This document shows, piece by piece, positions 40,901 to 49,919 of a DNA stretch of 64,000 nt (the stretch's first letter is position 1; each line of letters begins with the position of its first letter). Below the pieces are notes generated by a model that saw only the letters and a program-made list of their open reading frames with translations, did no database searches and was not told the DNA's origin. A program made the translations under genes and the position numbers. Source of the DNA: Lysobacteraceae bacterium (GTDB taxonomy: Bacteria; Pseudomonadota; Gammaproteobacteria; Xanthomonadales; Xanthomonadaceae); assembly GCA_003241895.1 (NCBI GenBank), contig QBLY01000004.1, positions 102,210 through 166,209 on the forward strand, in the 5' to 3' direction.

Positions 40901-41233
40901 TTCATGCTCCATGGCAATGCTCCCGAGGCTGTTGGACCCTTTGGAGCGTGCGACCTAGGCCAATCTATCGTTACGACAAACTCCTGCCATCACCCGCCAA
41001 TTGGCCGCCAATCAGTTCTACCGGAACCAGACTAACGAACATACGGGCATCAACGTCCGGCTTTACATCTGAACAGTGCGACGCCTTTTTCCCCGCAACG
41101 CGTTGATTTTTAGCGAGCTTAGGCCGGCCTTGTCCGGCAATCAATCCCATAGAACCCCAGACGGCCTCAGCCTGTCGAGATCAGCCGTCTTACGGCCAAT
41201 TCCAATGGGAAACCATGGCGATCAACTGGATCG

Positions 41234-41267
41234 CGACCGGCTGCTTTGGGTCGAAAGGGCCTGGTCG
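41234..41267 (+). repeat. Bulged hairpin repeat, copy downstream of the PAP2 gene
   Basis: CGACCGGCTGCTTTGGGTCGAAAGGGCCTGGTCG; first 20 nt match 43441-43460 at 19/20. Confidence 0.75.
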
Positions 41268-41360
41268 GCTGTCAGCCCATGGCGATGGTTCAACGTCGAG
41301 ATGAGGGGGCTCCGAAATTGTTCGGAGGGTGCCACAAGCGTAGTTCTTGGGACCGCTGAT

Positions 41361-42356
41361 TTACCGGCGCGCGGGGTCGAGCGCAGACGCCGGAGGATAC
41401 AGTCCCAGAGCCTGCGCAAGCCACACCGCGCCCAGGATGGATGCCGGGAAGCCCAAAGCTGCAAACAAGTAGCTGACGCCATGGCCGTCAGGCCAGCCTC
41501 CGAGCTCGTGCAGCTGCCCAAGCAGCCACCCCGTGCCCGTGACGAACGCCACCGCGGCCACGACGCGCAGTGCGCGCCGGGCAGGCGGGGCGGCATCCAG
41601 CGGCCATCCACGCCATTCGAACCAGCCGATACAGGCCAACGCGCCTGCGACGCTCCCGGCCTGATAAGGGTCAAGGGGAGCCACCATCAAGGACAGCCCG
41701 CAGAGCGCCATCGCCACCATGGCGGCGAAGAACCAAGCCCGACCTGCGCGGACCCCTCCGGCCTGGGTCATGCGCATCAGCAAGACTGCCGCGCCGGCCG
41801 CGGCGGCGCCTGCAGCCAGTCCTCCCAGCACATCGGCAAGGAAATGCCGCCCCAGGTACAGGCGCGACAGGGCGATCAACAGCGGCCAGGCCAACAGGAG
41901 CCAAGCCCAGCGCCGTCGCTGCAGCGCGAACAGGCCTATCAGTGCGAAGGCCCAGACACTCGCACCCGCCACATGACCGCTGAGGAAACCGTAATCGTGA
42001 TCACCGGTGCCGCGTGCGGCGGCAATGCCGGCCTCCGACGGCAGTCCCCAGAACGTCTTCGCGGCGCCGTCGGCGACCAGATAATTACCTTCACGACCCT
42101 TGTCCAGAACCCTGGCGTCCACCTCGCTGGGACGCGGCAGCGCGAAGCCCTGCTTGACCGTGTCTGTGACCATGCCCGCCAGCACCAGCGCCAGCATGAC
42201 GCCCAGCATGGGCCGCAACCGGAACCCGAAGGCCAGAACCAGCAGCACCATGGAATAGACCCACGAGCGGCCGGCTTCCGACACCACCTGCATCCAAGCC
42301 AAGACCCACGGCGAATCGAACTGCTGCAGCCAAAGGTTGGTGTCCACTTCAAACAT
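41361..42356 (-). CDS. PAP2-family membrane phosphatase
   Basis: K...RP (KQGFALPRP), GFLSGH, SRLYLGRHFLADVLGG motifs; multiple TM helices; GGAG RBS. Confidence 0.85.
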   Translation of the reverse strand: MFEVDTNLWLQQFDSPWVLAWMQVVSEAGRSWVYSMVLLVLAFGFRLRPMLGVMLALVLAGMVTDTVKQGFALPRPSEVDARVLDKGREGNYLVADGAAKTFWGLPSEAGIAAARGTGDHDYGFLSGHVAGASVWAFALIGLFALQRRRWAWLLLAWPLLIALSRLYLGRHFLADVLGGLAAGAAAAGAAVLLMRMTQAGGVRAGRAWFFAAMVAMALCGLSLMVAPLDPYQAGSVAGALACIGWFEWRGWPLDAAPPARRALRVVAAVAFVTGTGWLLGQLHELGGWPDGHGVSYLFAALGFPASILGAVWLAQALGLYPPASALDPARR

Positions 42357-42419
42357 GGGGCACTCCGCGACGTTCAAGGGCGCACAGTGTCCCCGTCGGG
42401 TGCCACTTTGCCACGCGCA

Positions 42420-42448
42420 CAGTGACAGGGCGATGGCCCGCAGTGACA
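42420..42448 (+). promoter_or_regulatory. Putative LytTR operator: CAGTGACA direct repeat with 21-bp period
   Basis: CAGTGACA at 42420-42427 and 42441-42448 in the PAP2/LytTR divergent intergenic region. Confidence 0.55.
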
Positions 42449-42492
42449 AGCGGCGACCTCGGCGGGACGAGAGGCCGGGCTAGAATCCCGCG

Positions 42493-43374
42493 ATGGGATT
42501 GAGCGACGCAACGACACCGCCCGCGCAAGCGGATTTCTGGAGCCGCCACCTGCCATGGCGTCGCCCCATTGAACTTGCGGGCTGGCTGTTGGCCTTCGGT
42601 GGAGGCGCACTGGCCAACGTCATGCTTCGCATGATCGATGCCCGGCGTGACGGTGGCCAAGCCGAAACCTGGAAGTACGTGACTTGGGAGGGCAGTTCCG
42701 CCTTGGCCTCGCTGGCACTACTTCCGCTGTTGTTGTGGCTGTGCAACCGATGGCCGCTGCACCTGGAAAACTGGCTCCGGAGATTGCCGCTCTACGTGGC
42801 CGCAAGCCTGGCTTGGTCTGTGCTGCATGTGGTCGCCATGGTAGGAGTCCGCATGCTGGTGTACCCCACCCAGGGCGACACCTACGAATTCGACTGGATC
42901 ACGGGACTTCCGTACGAGTACCTCAAGGATGCCAGGACCTTCGGACTGGTCGTGATGTTGACCCACGGCTATCACTGGCTCTGGCGGCGTTTGCAGGGAG
43001 AGATCCATCTGCTGGATGCGCCGGACCACGGCATCCCGCCGCAGGCGCGCGGCGAGCCGGAACGCTTCCTGGTGCGCAAACTGGGCCGCGAGTTCCTGGT
43101 CAGCACCCACGATATCGAGTGGCTGCAGGCTTCCGGCAACTACGTCAACCTCCGCGTCGCCGGACGCGACTACCCGCTCCGTATCACGATGGCGGCGATC
43201 GAAGCTCGGCTGCAGGTCGCTGGTTTCGTCCGTGTCCACCGCAGCTACATCGTGAACCTGGACTGCCTGGCATCCATCGAACCGACCGACAGCGGCGATG
43301 CCTTGTTGCGTATGAAATCCGGCGACTTCATACCATGCAGCCGTCGCTACCGAGACCGGCTTCGCGGCAGTTAG
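42493..43374 (+). CDS. Membrane-anchored LytTR-family DNA-binding regulator
   Basis: About four N-terminal TM helices; C-terminal IEWLQASGNYVNL...FVRVHRSYIVN...IPCSRRY LytTR domain; no receiver domain. Confidence 0.9.
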   Translation: MGLSDATTPPAQADFWSRHLPWRRPIELAGWLLAFGGGALANVMLRMIDARRDGGQAETWKYVTWEGSSALASLALLPLLLWLCNRWPLHLENWLRRLPLYVAASLAWSVLHVVAMVGVRMLVYPTQGDTYEFDWITGLPYEYLKDARTFGLVVMLTHGYHWLWRRLQGEIHLLDAPDHGIPPQARGEPERFLVRKLGREFLVSTHDIEWLQASGNYVNLRVAGRDYPLRITMAAIEARLQVAGFVRVHRSYIVNLDCLASIEPTDSGDALLRMKSGDFIPCSRRYRDRLRGS

Positions 43375-43440
43375 AGAATGAAATCCGTTCGAAAGTGCCT
43401 GCCACGAACCGTTCCGAGTCCGAGCTGGGGTGACCGCCAT

Positions 43441-43540
43441 CGACCGGCCGCTTTGGGTCGGCAAGCGCCTGTCGCATCTATTTCCTCGGGGTCGAGAAGC
43501 GCCTGTCGCAATTGGCTCCTCGCGGCCAGGAGCGGACGGA
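43441..43540. repeat. Cluster of three hairpin-repeat units (two direct with 34-bp period, third inverted)
   Basis: AAGCGCCTGTCGCA at 43463-43476 and 43497-43510, each preceded by GGGTCG; inverted unit core CGGCCAGGAGCGGAC at 43523-43537. Confidence 0.75.
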
Positions 43541-43610
43541 CACCGGATTGGAAGCCTGACTGCGATTCTTCTCCAGCACGGAAACCCTGCATGTGTGATC
43601 CAGCGGCCCC

Positions 43611-43643
43611 GGCGGGTCGGTTTCGAAAGAAAACCGACCCGCC
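43611..43643. repeat. 13-bp perfect stem hairpin (terminator-like or REP-like)
   Basis: GGCGGGTCGGTTT-CGAAAGA-AAACCGACCCGCC; no clear U-tract; a related GGCGGGTC hairpin lies at 40143-40162. Confidence 0.7.
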
Positions 43644-43682
43644 GCCCCCCGGACTTGAGGAGATGGCTTGGGCGCGGTGGGG

Positions 43683-44141
43683 CTACTCCTTCCCCGTCAT
43701 CGGCACGGGGTCATAATCCGGGGTGTCGAGCGCATTCAGCGGTGCCGTCACCTTGTAAGGCACGCCGATCTGGCGGTTAACGGCAAAGAAAGTCAGCGTT
43801 TGATCCAGGATCGACGGGACGGTGATCAGGTCAAGTTCCGGAAGGCCGAAACCGCGCAGCCCATATGCGGCGTCGGGTGAAACGATCCCCGGTGCCTCGG
43901 CCGCGTGCCGCGCGCGATACCATTCGGAAAATCGGGCGGGATCCTCAATCACGGTATAGGTTTGCTGCTGCGCAAGGTGATTGACGGCCTGGGCACACAG
44001 CAACGCCTGGTCGGGCGCGCAAATCCAAGAGGCAAGCCCCATCAATTCGGGTGCTGATTGCACTGGCGTCCCGTCCACATAGATCGCGGGGGCCCCATCA
44101 TCGGCGTAGCCCAACGAGATTTCAGGAAGATCGATTGTCAT
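43683..44141 (-). CDS. Hypothetical protein, 152 aa
   Basis: RBS AAGGAG, protein-like composition (MTIDLPEISLGYADDGAPAIYVDG...), atypical codon usage; no family recognised. Confidence 0.7.
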   Translation of the reverse strand: MTIDLPEISLGYADDGAPAIYVDGTPVQSAPELMGLASWICAPDQALLCAQAVNHLAQQQTYTVIEDPARFSEWYRARHAAEAPGIVSPDAAYGLRGFGLPELDLITVPSILDQTLTFFAVNRQIGVPYKVTAPLNALDTPDYDPVPMTGKE

Positions 44142-44362
44142 CGTTCGCAACTCCTTGTCGTGTTCTGGAAGGCGGCTTTCGTTGGGTGATATCCATGCCC
44201 TTGTCGACCCAAGTCTTGCGCGCCATTGGGGATAAATAACCCGGTGGATCCGTCCGCCACCACATGACGGCTGCACAGTGTTCCGCCCGGCCTCATCGCC
44301 GCCTGTCGGCGTTTGTCAGCGCCAGCAGCTGAGTCGTTTCAAGTTTGCGATGTCCGCGGTCT

Positions 44363-45287
44363 TCAAAGCGGCTGCGTGCCCTCGCCCAGGATTTCGAGAT
44401 ACGCCTGGTAGACGTAAACGCGATGGCGCCGCTGGCCGGTCAGCTCGTTCACGATCCCCATTTCCGCCAGGGTGGATATCGCAGAACGAATGGTGGGAGC
44501 GCTCATCGCCACATGCGGACGAACCTGGGCCACGCCCGACACGACCCGTCGCGCCAACTGGTCGAAGACCAGACCGACGCTGCCGGCGCGCGCGCCCAGT
44601 CCGCCGATGCGGGCACGGTCGGCGGCCAACAGCGCGAGGAGGCGCTGGGCAGTGTCCACCGCTTGCGTGGCCGTTTCGGCCACACCGTCCAGGAAAAAGC
44701 CCAGCCAGCCCTCCCAGTCGCCTTGGGTGCGCACGGCGTTGAGGCGCTCGTAGTACTCCGCGCGGTGTTGCTTGAAGTGCAGGCTCAGGTAAAGGCCGGG
44801 TTCGCGCAGCACGCCCTCCACGCAAAGGATCAGCGCGATCAGCAGGCGGCCCAGGCGACCATTGCCGTCCTTGAAGGGATGGATGGTTTCGAACTGCACG
44901 TGGGCCAATGCCGCCTTGATCAAGGGGGGCGCTTGATCGGATGGCAGGTGCAGATAGTTTTCCAAAGCCCCCAGCAGCGCCGCCAGCGCATCCGGCGGCG
45001 GCGGCACGAAGTGCGCGGTCGCTGGAGTCCTGCCGCCCACCCACACTTGTCCAGAACGGACTTCACCCGGCTGGCTGGAAGCGCCGCGGCCGCCCTGCAG
45101 CAGCAGGGCGTGCATCTCGCGAATCAGGCGCAGGGACAGCGGGAAATCGTCTTGGCGCAGCCGCCTGAAGCCATGGTTGAGTGCCGCAAGGTAGTTCGAG
45201 ACTTCCTCCACGTCGTCCACGGGCACGCCGGGCGCCTCGTTCAGTTCGTACAGCAGCAGATCGGCCAGGGACGACTGCGTTCCTTCA
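44363..45287 (-). pseudogene. Fic-family protein, 5'-truncated
   Basis: Intact Fic motif HPFKDGNGRLGR and C-terminal HTH-like tail, but homology starts abruptly at EGTQSSLADLL. The usual preceding ...EA..SS.IEG segment and N-domain are absent, and the called GTG start lies inside a repeat. Confidence 0.75.
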
Positions 45288-45306
45288 AAAGGATTGACTG
45301 GGCGGG

Positions 45307-45345
45307 CCCTCACCCCGGCCCTCTCCCGCTTTGCGGGAGAGGGAG
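45307..45345. repeat. CCCTCACCCC..CCCTCTCCC-type REP-like palindrome
   Basis: CCCTCACCCCGGCCCTCTCCCGC-TTT-GCGGGAGAGGG with an 11-bp perfect stem, immediately downstream of the oleA stop. Confidence 0.8.
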
Positions 45346-45353
45346 CAAAGCAG

Positions 45354-46370
45354 CTACCAGACGACTTCGGCCATCGAGCAGTTCAGCCCCGAGCCGATGC
45401 CCAGCAGGGCCACGCGGTCGCCCTTCTTGAGGCGGCCCATTTCCCGCAGCTTGCTCAGCACGATCGGCACCGAGGCCGGGCCGATGTTGCCGTGCTCGGC
45501 GAAGATGGTGAGCACTTTCTTGGGGTCGATGCCGAAGGCCTTGATCATGGCCTGGGTATGGACCTGGCTGACCTGGTGCACCACGAACTCATCGAGCTCG
45601 TCCACCACCCAGCCCAGCGCCTGGCGGGCCGAGGCGAAGGTGAGCGTGGCCAGCTTCAGGCCTTCGATCAGCAGCATGCGGGTGTCGGTGACCATGCGAT
45701 CGAGGTTGCCGCGGCACAGCGTGTTCCACTGCGTGGCGGCCTTGGTGACGCCGCCGCGGTAGCGCGGGGCGTCGGGCGTGAGCTCGCTGCGGCTGAGCAC
45801 CATCGCGGCCGCGCCGCAGCCCAGGGTAAGGGTGGCGAGCTCGTTGCGGAACTGTTCCTCGGTGACGTTCGGGCCAAGCATGCGCTCAAGGGTTTTCTTG
45901 TACGCGAGGTTGGCGGTTTCGCCGTCGACGATCAGCGCGTAGTCGATTTCGCCGCGCTCGATCATGCGGCTGGCGATGTCCATGCCGTTGAGGAAGGCCA
46001 GGCAGGCATTGGCCACGTCGAAGTTCTGGCAGTTCTCGCCCATGCCCAGGTTGCCGGCGACGATGGACGCCGTGGACGGCTCCAGGTAGTCGCGGCTCAC
46101 CGAGGTGTTCACCAGCAGGCCGATCTTGCTGCGGTCAACGCCGGCGTCGGCCAGCGCCTTCTCGGCGGCCAGGGTGGCGGCGTCGCTGGCCTGGGTCTCG
46201 TCGTCCCAGAGGCGGCGGGCCATGATGCCGGCGATGTCCTGCAGCACATCGGTCTTGATGCCCAGCCGATCCATGGTGGGCTTGAGCTGGGCGTTGATGT
46301 CCGCCGAGCTCAGGCGGTGCGGCGCATCGATATGCGCAAGGCCGGCGATGGAAACGTGCTGGAACAACAT
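45354..46370 (-). CDS. oleA: Acyl-CoA:acyl-CoA alkyltransferase OleA
   Basis: MLFQHVSIAGLAHIDAP N-terminus, YLEPSTAS (Glu), NACLAF (Cys), ATLTLGCGA, HQVS (His), GNIGPASVP, GIGSGLNC; 338 aa. Confidence 0.93.
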   Translation of the reverse strand: MLFQHVSIAGLAHIDAPHRLSSADINAQLKPTMDRLGIKTDVLQDIAGIMARRLWDDETQASDAATLAAEKALADAGVDRSKIGLLVNTSVSRDYLEPSTASIVAGNLGMGENCQNFDVANACLAFLNGMDIASRMIERGEIDYALIVDGETANLAYKKTLERMLGPNVTEEQFRNELATLTLGCGAAAMVLSRSELTPDAPRYRGGVTKAATQWNTLCRGNLDRMVTDTRMLLIEGLKLATLTFASARQALGWVVDELDEFVVHQVSQVHTQAMIKAFGIDPKKVLTIFAEHGNIGPASVPIVLSKLREMGRLKKGDRVALLGIGSGLNCSMAEVVW

Positions 46371-46470
46371 GGACGGGTTCGCCTGAGGGGAAACCCGTCA
46401 AAGTTACTCGTTTCGGGCCCCCGCCTCAACATGTGGCGGCGCCCGGATGTGAAGAAACGGGGTCTGGGCC

Positions 46471-46863
46471 TCAGTCCTGGATGGGGTAGGTCTCGGCCGC
46501 ACCGTCGCTGGCGGGCTTGGCGGCCGGGGCGCGGCCCACGGTGGCGCCGGCGCCGCAGCGGTAGGCCAAGAAGCGCTGTTCGCCGTCTGTGGGCTCGCCC
46601 TTGGGCTGCACGGTGTCGGCCTGCAGGCCCGGGGCTTCGTTGCGGGCCAGGGTCTCGAGCTCGTCGCGCACCCGCAGCTCGTTGCGCTCGTAGGGGCCCA
46701 GGCTGTCCTTGACGGACACGGAGATTTCGCCGCGCTTTTCGCAGGCGCCCAGGGTCTCGGTGGCACCGGCCACGCGCACCTGCTTGCCGCCCTCGGCCAT
46801 CTTCACGAAGGTGCAGCCGCCCAGCGAGGCGGCGATGACGGCACAAAACAACAGCTGGCGCAT
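46471..46863 (-). CDS. DUF4156-like lipoprotein
   Basis: Lipobox LGGC; C...GEISVSVKD...ELETLARNEA...ADTVQP...AYRC pattern. Confidence 0.7.
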   Translation of the reverse strand: MRQLLFCAVIAASLGGCTFVKMAEGGKQVRVAGATETLGACEKRGEISVSVKDSLGPYERNELRVRDELETLARNEAPGLQADTVQPKGEPTDGEQRFLAYRCGAGATVGRAPAAKPASDGAAETYPIQD

Positions 46864-46937
46864 GGCGCTTCCTTGAAAAAAGAACACGGGCGGGATTGTC
46901 GCCCCGCCCGTGCTGAACCGGCAATGAGTACGAGCGC

Positions 46938-49823
46938 TTACTGCGCGCTCGCCGCCGGCTTGGCCGCGACGGGTTTGCCGTCGGCGTCCACCACGCTGAC
47001 CTCGCCGATGTCCAGGGCGCGGATGCCGGCCTCGATCTTCGACAGGTCGCCCACGATGACCCAGGTCAACGCATCGGGCTTGATGGTGCGCGCCTGGGCC
47101 TGGACGAGGGCCGGGGTGAGCGCTTCGATCCTGGCGCGGCGCTGCTCGACGTAGTCGTCCGGGCGGCTGAAGCGGACGATGCCGCCGATGGCCGCCATCA
47201 CCGAACCCGCTGTCTCGTAGGAGCCCGGCAGGCTGCGGATCTCGTTGGCCTGGATCTTGGCCACTTCCACGGCGGTCGCCGGCTCGGTGCCATTGGCATA
47301 CGCGGTGATCTCGCGCTGCAGTTCGGCGATGGACTCGCTGGTCTTGTCGATCTGCACGTTGGCGTAAGCGCCCCACGGACGCTGGCCCTTGGCACTTTGC
47401 AGGAAACTGTAGCTGCCGTACGCCCAGCCCTTGTCCTCGCGCAGGTTCATGTTCAGGCGCGAAGTGAACTCGCCACCCAGCACCGAATTGGCGATCTCAA
47501 GCTCGGTGGCGTTCGCATCCATCGTGGATGGCGCCAGCTGCCCGACGAAAACGGTGGCCTGGATGGCGCCGGGCTGGTCAACCAGATAGACGCTGGGCTT
47601 CGACGGCAGCGAGACCGTCGGGATGACGATCGGCGCCGGCGCAGCGCCCTTGCCCTCCCAGGTGCCCAGGTGCCTTTCAAGCACGGGCAGGATATCGGCC
47701 AGCGTCGTGTCCCCGGTGACGATCAGCGTGGCGCCCTCCGGACGGATCCAGGCGTCATGGAACGCGACCAGGTCGGCGCGCGTCAGCGACGCGATGGATT
47801 CCTCGCTGCCCGTGCCGGTGAACGGGATGGCATACGGGTGGCCCGCCCCGTACAGCAGCGGCGGCAGCAGGCGCTGCGACGCCGCGTTCGGACGCGCCTT
47901 CTCCTGCCTGATTGCGGCGATCCAGGCCTGGCGGACCCGCTCGATTTCCTTTTCGTCGAAACGCGGCTGGCGCAGCATCTGCGCGTACAGCGCAACCGAA
48001 GCGTCGAGGTTTTCCTTCAGCGCCGACAGGAAGGCGCTGCCGCCGTCGAGCGAGGCGCCGGCGCCGATATTGGCGCCGAGGCTTTCGGCGCGGTCGCCGA
48101 ACGACAGCGCGTCGAGATCGCCCGCGCCTTCATCGAGCATGCCGAAGGTGAAGCTGGACGTGCCCAGCTTGCGGCCGACGTCGGCGGAATAGCCGCCCGG
48201 CAGCTCCAGGCTCATCGCCACCACCGGCACGTCGTGGCGCTCGGCCAGGATGACGTTGATGCCGTTGCTGAGCTTGCCGCGGTGCAGGACGGGGAAGGAC
48301 AGGCCCGGGAACTCGGTGGTCTGCGGCACGCCCTTGCTGCGGTCCACGTCGGTGGCGACGGTGGTGTACTTGGGGTTGGCCGCCGGCACGGGAGCCATGT
48401 CCGGGTGCGACTTGGATTCTTCTTCCACCGTGGCCACGCGCTCGCCCGGGACGTACACGATGGTGTGATCGCCGCGCGCGAGCCACTTCCTGCCGGCCGC
48501 GGTGATGTCGGCGGCGGTGGCGTTTTCGATCACGTCCAGGCTCCCGCGGAAGCAGCCCGGATCGCCGCTGAACACGGCGCATTCGGCCAAGGCATCGGCC
48601 TTGCCGCCGAAGCCGCCGATACGCTCGATGCCGCGGATGAAGCCGGCCTTGAACACGGTGCGGGCCTGCTCGAGCTCCGAAGCCGTCGGGCCGTCCGCGA
48701 GCAGCTTGGCCATTTCCTCATCCAGCGCCTTCTCGACGGTGGCCACGTCCACGCCCTGCTTCACGTCCACCTGGATGAAGAACAGGCCACCCAGCAGGTT
48801 CGGCCAGGCCGCCGTGGAAACGTTGTCAGCCAGCTTGTCCTGGAAGACCAGGCGCTTGTCCAGGCGCGAGCTGCGCGAGCCGCCCAGCACCTGCGACAGC
48901 AGCTGCAGGCGCTCGACGTCGGCCTGGCCGTACTCGGCGGTGTTCCACGCGCGGTAGATGCGGGCCTGCGGCACCTTGTCGGTCATGGTTTCGCGGGTGG
49001 ACGCGGTGCGCGGCGCCGGGTCGACCCCGGGCTGGGTCATGGTCGGGCCGGCGGGGATGTCGCCGAAGAAACGGGTGGCTTTTTCCCTTGCGGTGGCGAC
49101 GTCGATGTCGCCGGCCAGCACCAGCACCGCGTTGTTGGGGCCGTACCAGGTCTTGAAGAAACGCTTCACGTCGTCGAGCGAAGCGGCGTCGAGATCGCTC
49201 ATGGAACCGATGACCGACCAGCTGTAGGGATGGCCCGCGGGATAGCTGGCCTTGAGCAGGCGATCGTAGAACTGGCCGTAGGGCTGGTTTTCACCCTGGC
49301 GCTTTTCGTTCTTCACTACGCCTCGCTGCTCGTCCAGCAGCTCCTGCGTAACGGCACCGACGAAGTGGCCCATGCGGTCCGACTCCATCCACAGCGCCAT
49401 GTCCAGCGCGGTGGTGGGCACGTTCTGGAAGTAGTTGGTGCGGTCGGAGCTGGTGGTGCCGTTCTGGCTGGTGGCACCGGCCAGTTCGAACGGACCGAAG
49501 TATTCGTCCGGGTAGTTCTCGCTGCCCTGGAACATCAGGTGCTCGAACAGGTGCGCGAAGCCCGTGCGGCCGGGCAGTTCGTTCTTCGAGCCCACGTGGT
49601 ACCAGACGTTCACCGCGACGATGGGCGCCTTGCGGTCCGTGTGCACGATCACGCGCAGGCCGTTGGGCAGGGTGAACTGTTCGAAGGCGATGTCGGCGCG
49701 CGCGGCGGCGGGGGCCGCCGTCTGGGCCTGGGCAGGCGGGGCATGCAGCGGCGAGAAGCCAGCGAGGGCCAAGCCAAGGGCCAAGGCGATGGCGCTGGCG
49801 CGCGGGCGACGGATCGAGGTCAT
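46938..49823 (-). CDS. Second exported M16 family zinc protease, about 961 aa
   Basis: GFAHLFEHLMFQGS, NGTTSSDRTNY, SRLNMNLREDKGWAYG; signal peptide. Confidence 0.92.
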   Translation of the reverse strand: MTSIRRPRASAIALALGLALAGFSPLHAPPAQAQTAAPAAARADIAFEQFTLPNGLRVIVHTDRKAPIVAVNVWYHVGSKNELPGRTGFAHLFEHLMFQGSENYPDEYFGPFELAGATSQNGTTSSDRTNYFQNVPTTALDMALWMESDRMGHFVGAVTQELLDEQRGVVKNEKRQGENQPYGQFYDRLLKASYPAGHPYSWSVIGSMSDLDAASLDDVKRFFKTWYGPNNAVLVLAGDIDVATAREKATRFFGDIPAGPTMTQPGVDPAPRTASTRETMTDKVPQARIYRAWNTAEYGQADVERLQLLSQVLGGSRSSRLDKRLVFQDKLADNVSTAAWPNLLGGLFFIQVDVKQGVDVATVEKALDEEMAKLLADGPTASELEQARTVFKAGFIRGIERIGGFGGKADALAECAVFSGDPGCFRGSLDVIENATAADITAAGRKWLARGDHTIVYVPGERVATVEEESKSHPDMAPVPAANPKYTTVATDVDRSKGVPQTTEFPGLSFPVLHRGKLSNGINVILAERHDVPVVAMSLELPGGYSADVGRKLGTSSFTFGMLDEGAGDLDALSFGDRAESLGANIGAGASLDGGSAFLSALKENLDASVALYAQMLRQPRFDEKEIERVRQAWIAAIRQEKARPNAASQRLLPPLLYGAGHPYAIPFTGTGSEESIASLTRADLVAFHDAWIRPEGATLIVTGDTTLADILPVLERHLGTWEGKGAAPAPIVIPTVSLPSKPSVYLVDQPGAIQATVFVGQLAPSTMDANATELEIANSVLGGEFTSRLNMNLREDKGWAYGSYSFLQSAKGQRPWGAYANVQIDKTSESIAELQREITAYANGTEPATAVEVAKIQANEIRSLPGSYETAGSVMAAIGGIVRFSRPDDYVEQRRARIEALTPALVQAQARTIKPDALTWVIVGDLSKIEAGIRALDIGEVSVVDADGKPVAAKPAASAQ

Positions 49824-49919
49824 TCGGGGTACCTTGCAGGGACTTCCGGACATGCCGGGGGACCCGAATCCTAGCCTGCATTGACGGCCCATACACTAGG
49901 CCAAAGGCCATAGTCGACC

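Noticed and set aside
41050-41082. Weak hairpin-repeat-like sequences at 41050-41082 and 44349-44372
   Set aside because: They share only GTCCG/CCGCTTT fragments, so they were not counted as copies without a model-based search.
44120-44270. Short minus-strand ORF (MWWRTDPPGYLSPMARKTWVDKGMDITQRKPP...) overlapping the orphan gene start, possibly a toxin C-terminal remnant
   Set aside because: Under 50 aa with no recognisable motif; cannot be supported without a homology search.
45288-45313. GTG start called for the Fic ORF
   Set aside because: It lies inside the REP-like palindrome, has no RBS, and the residues before EGTQ are not Fic-like.
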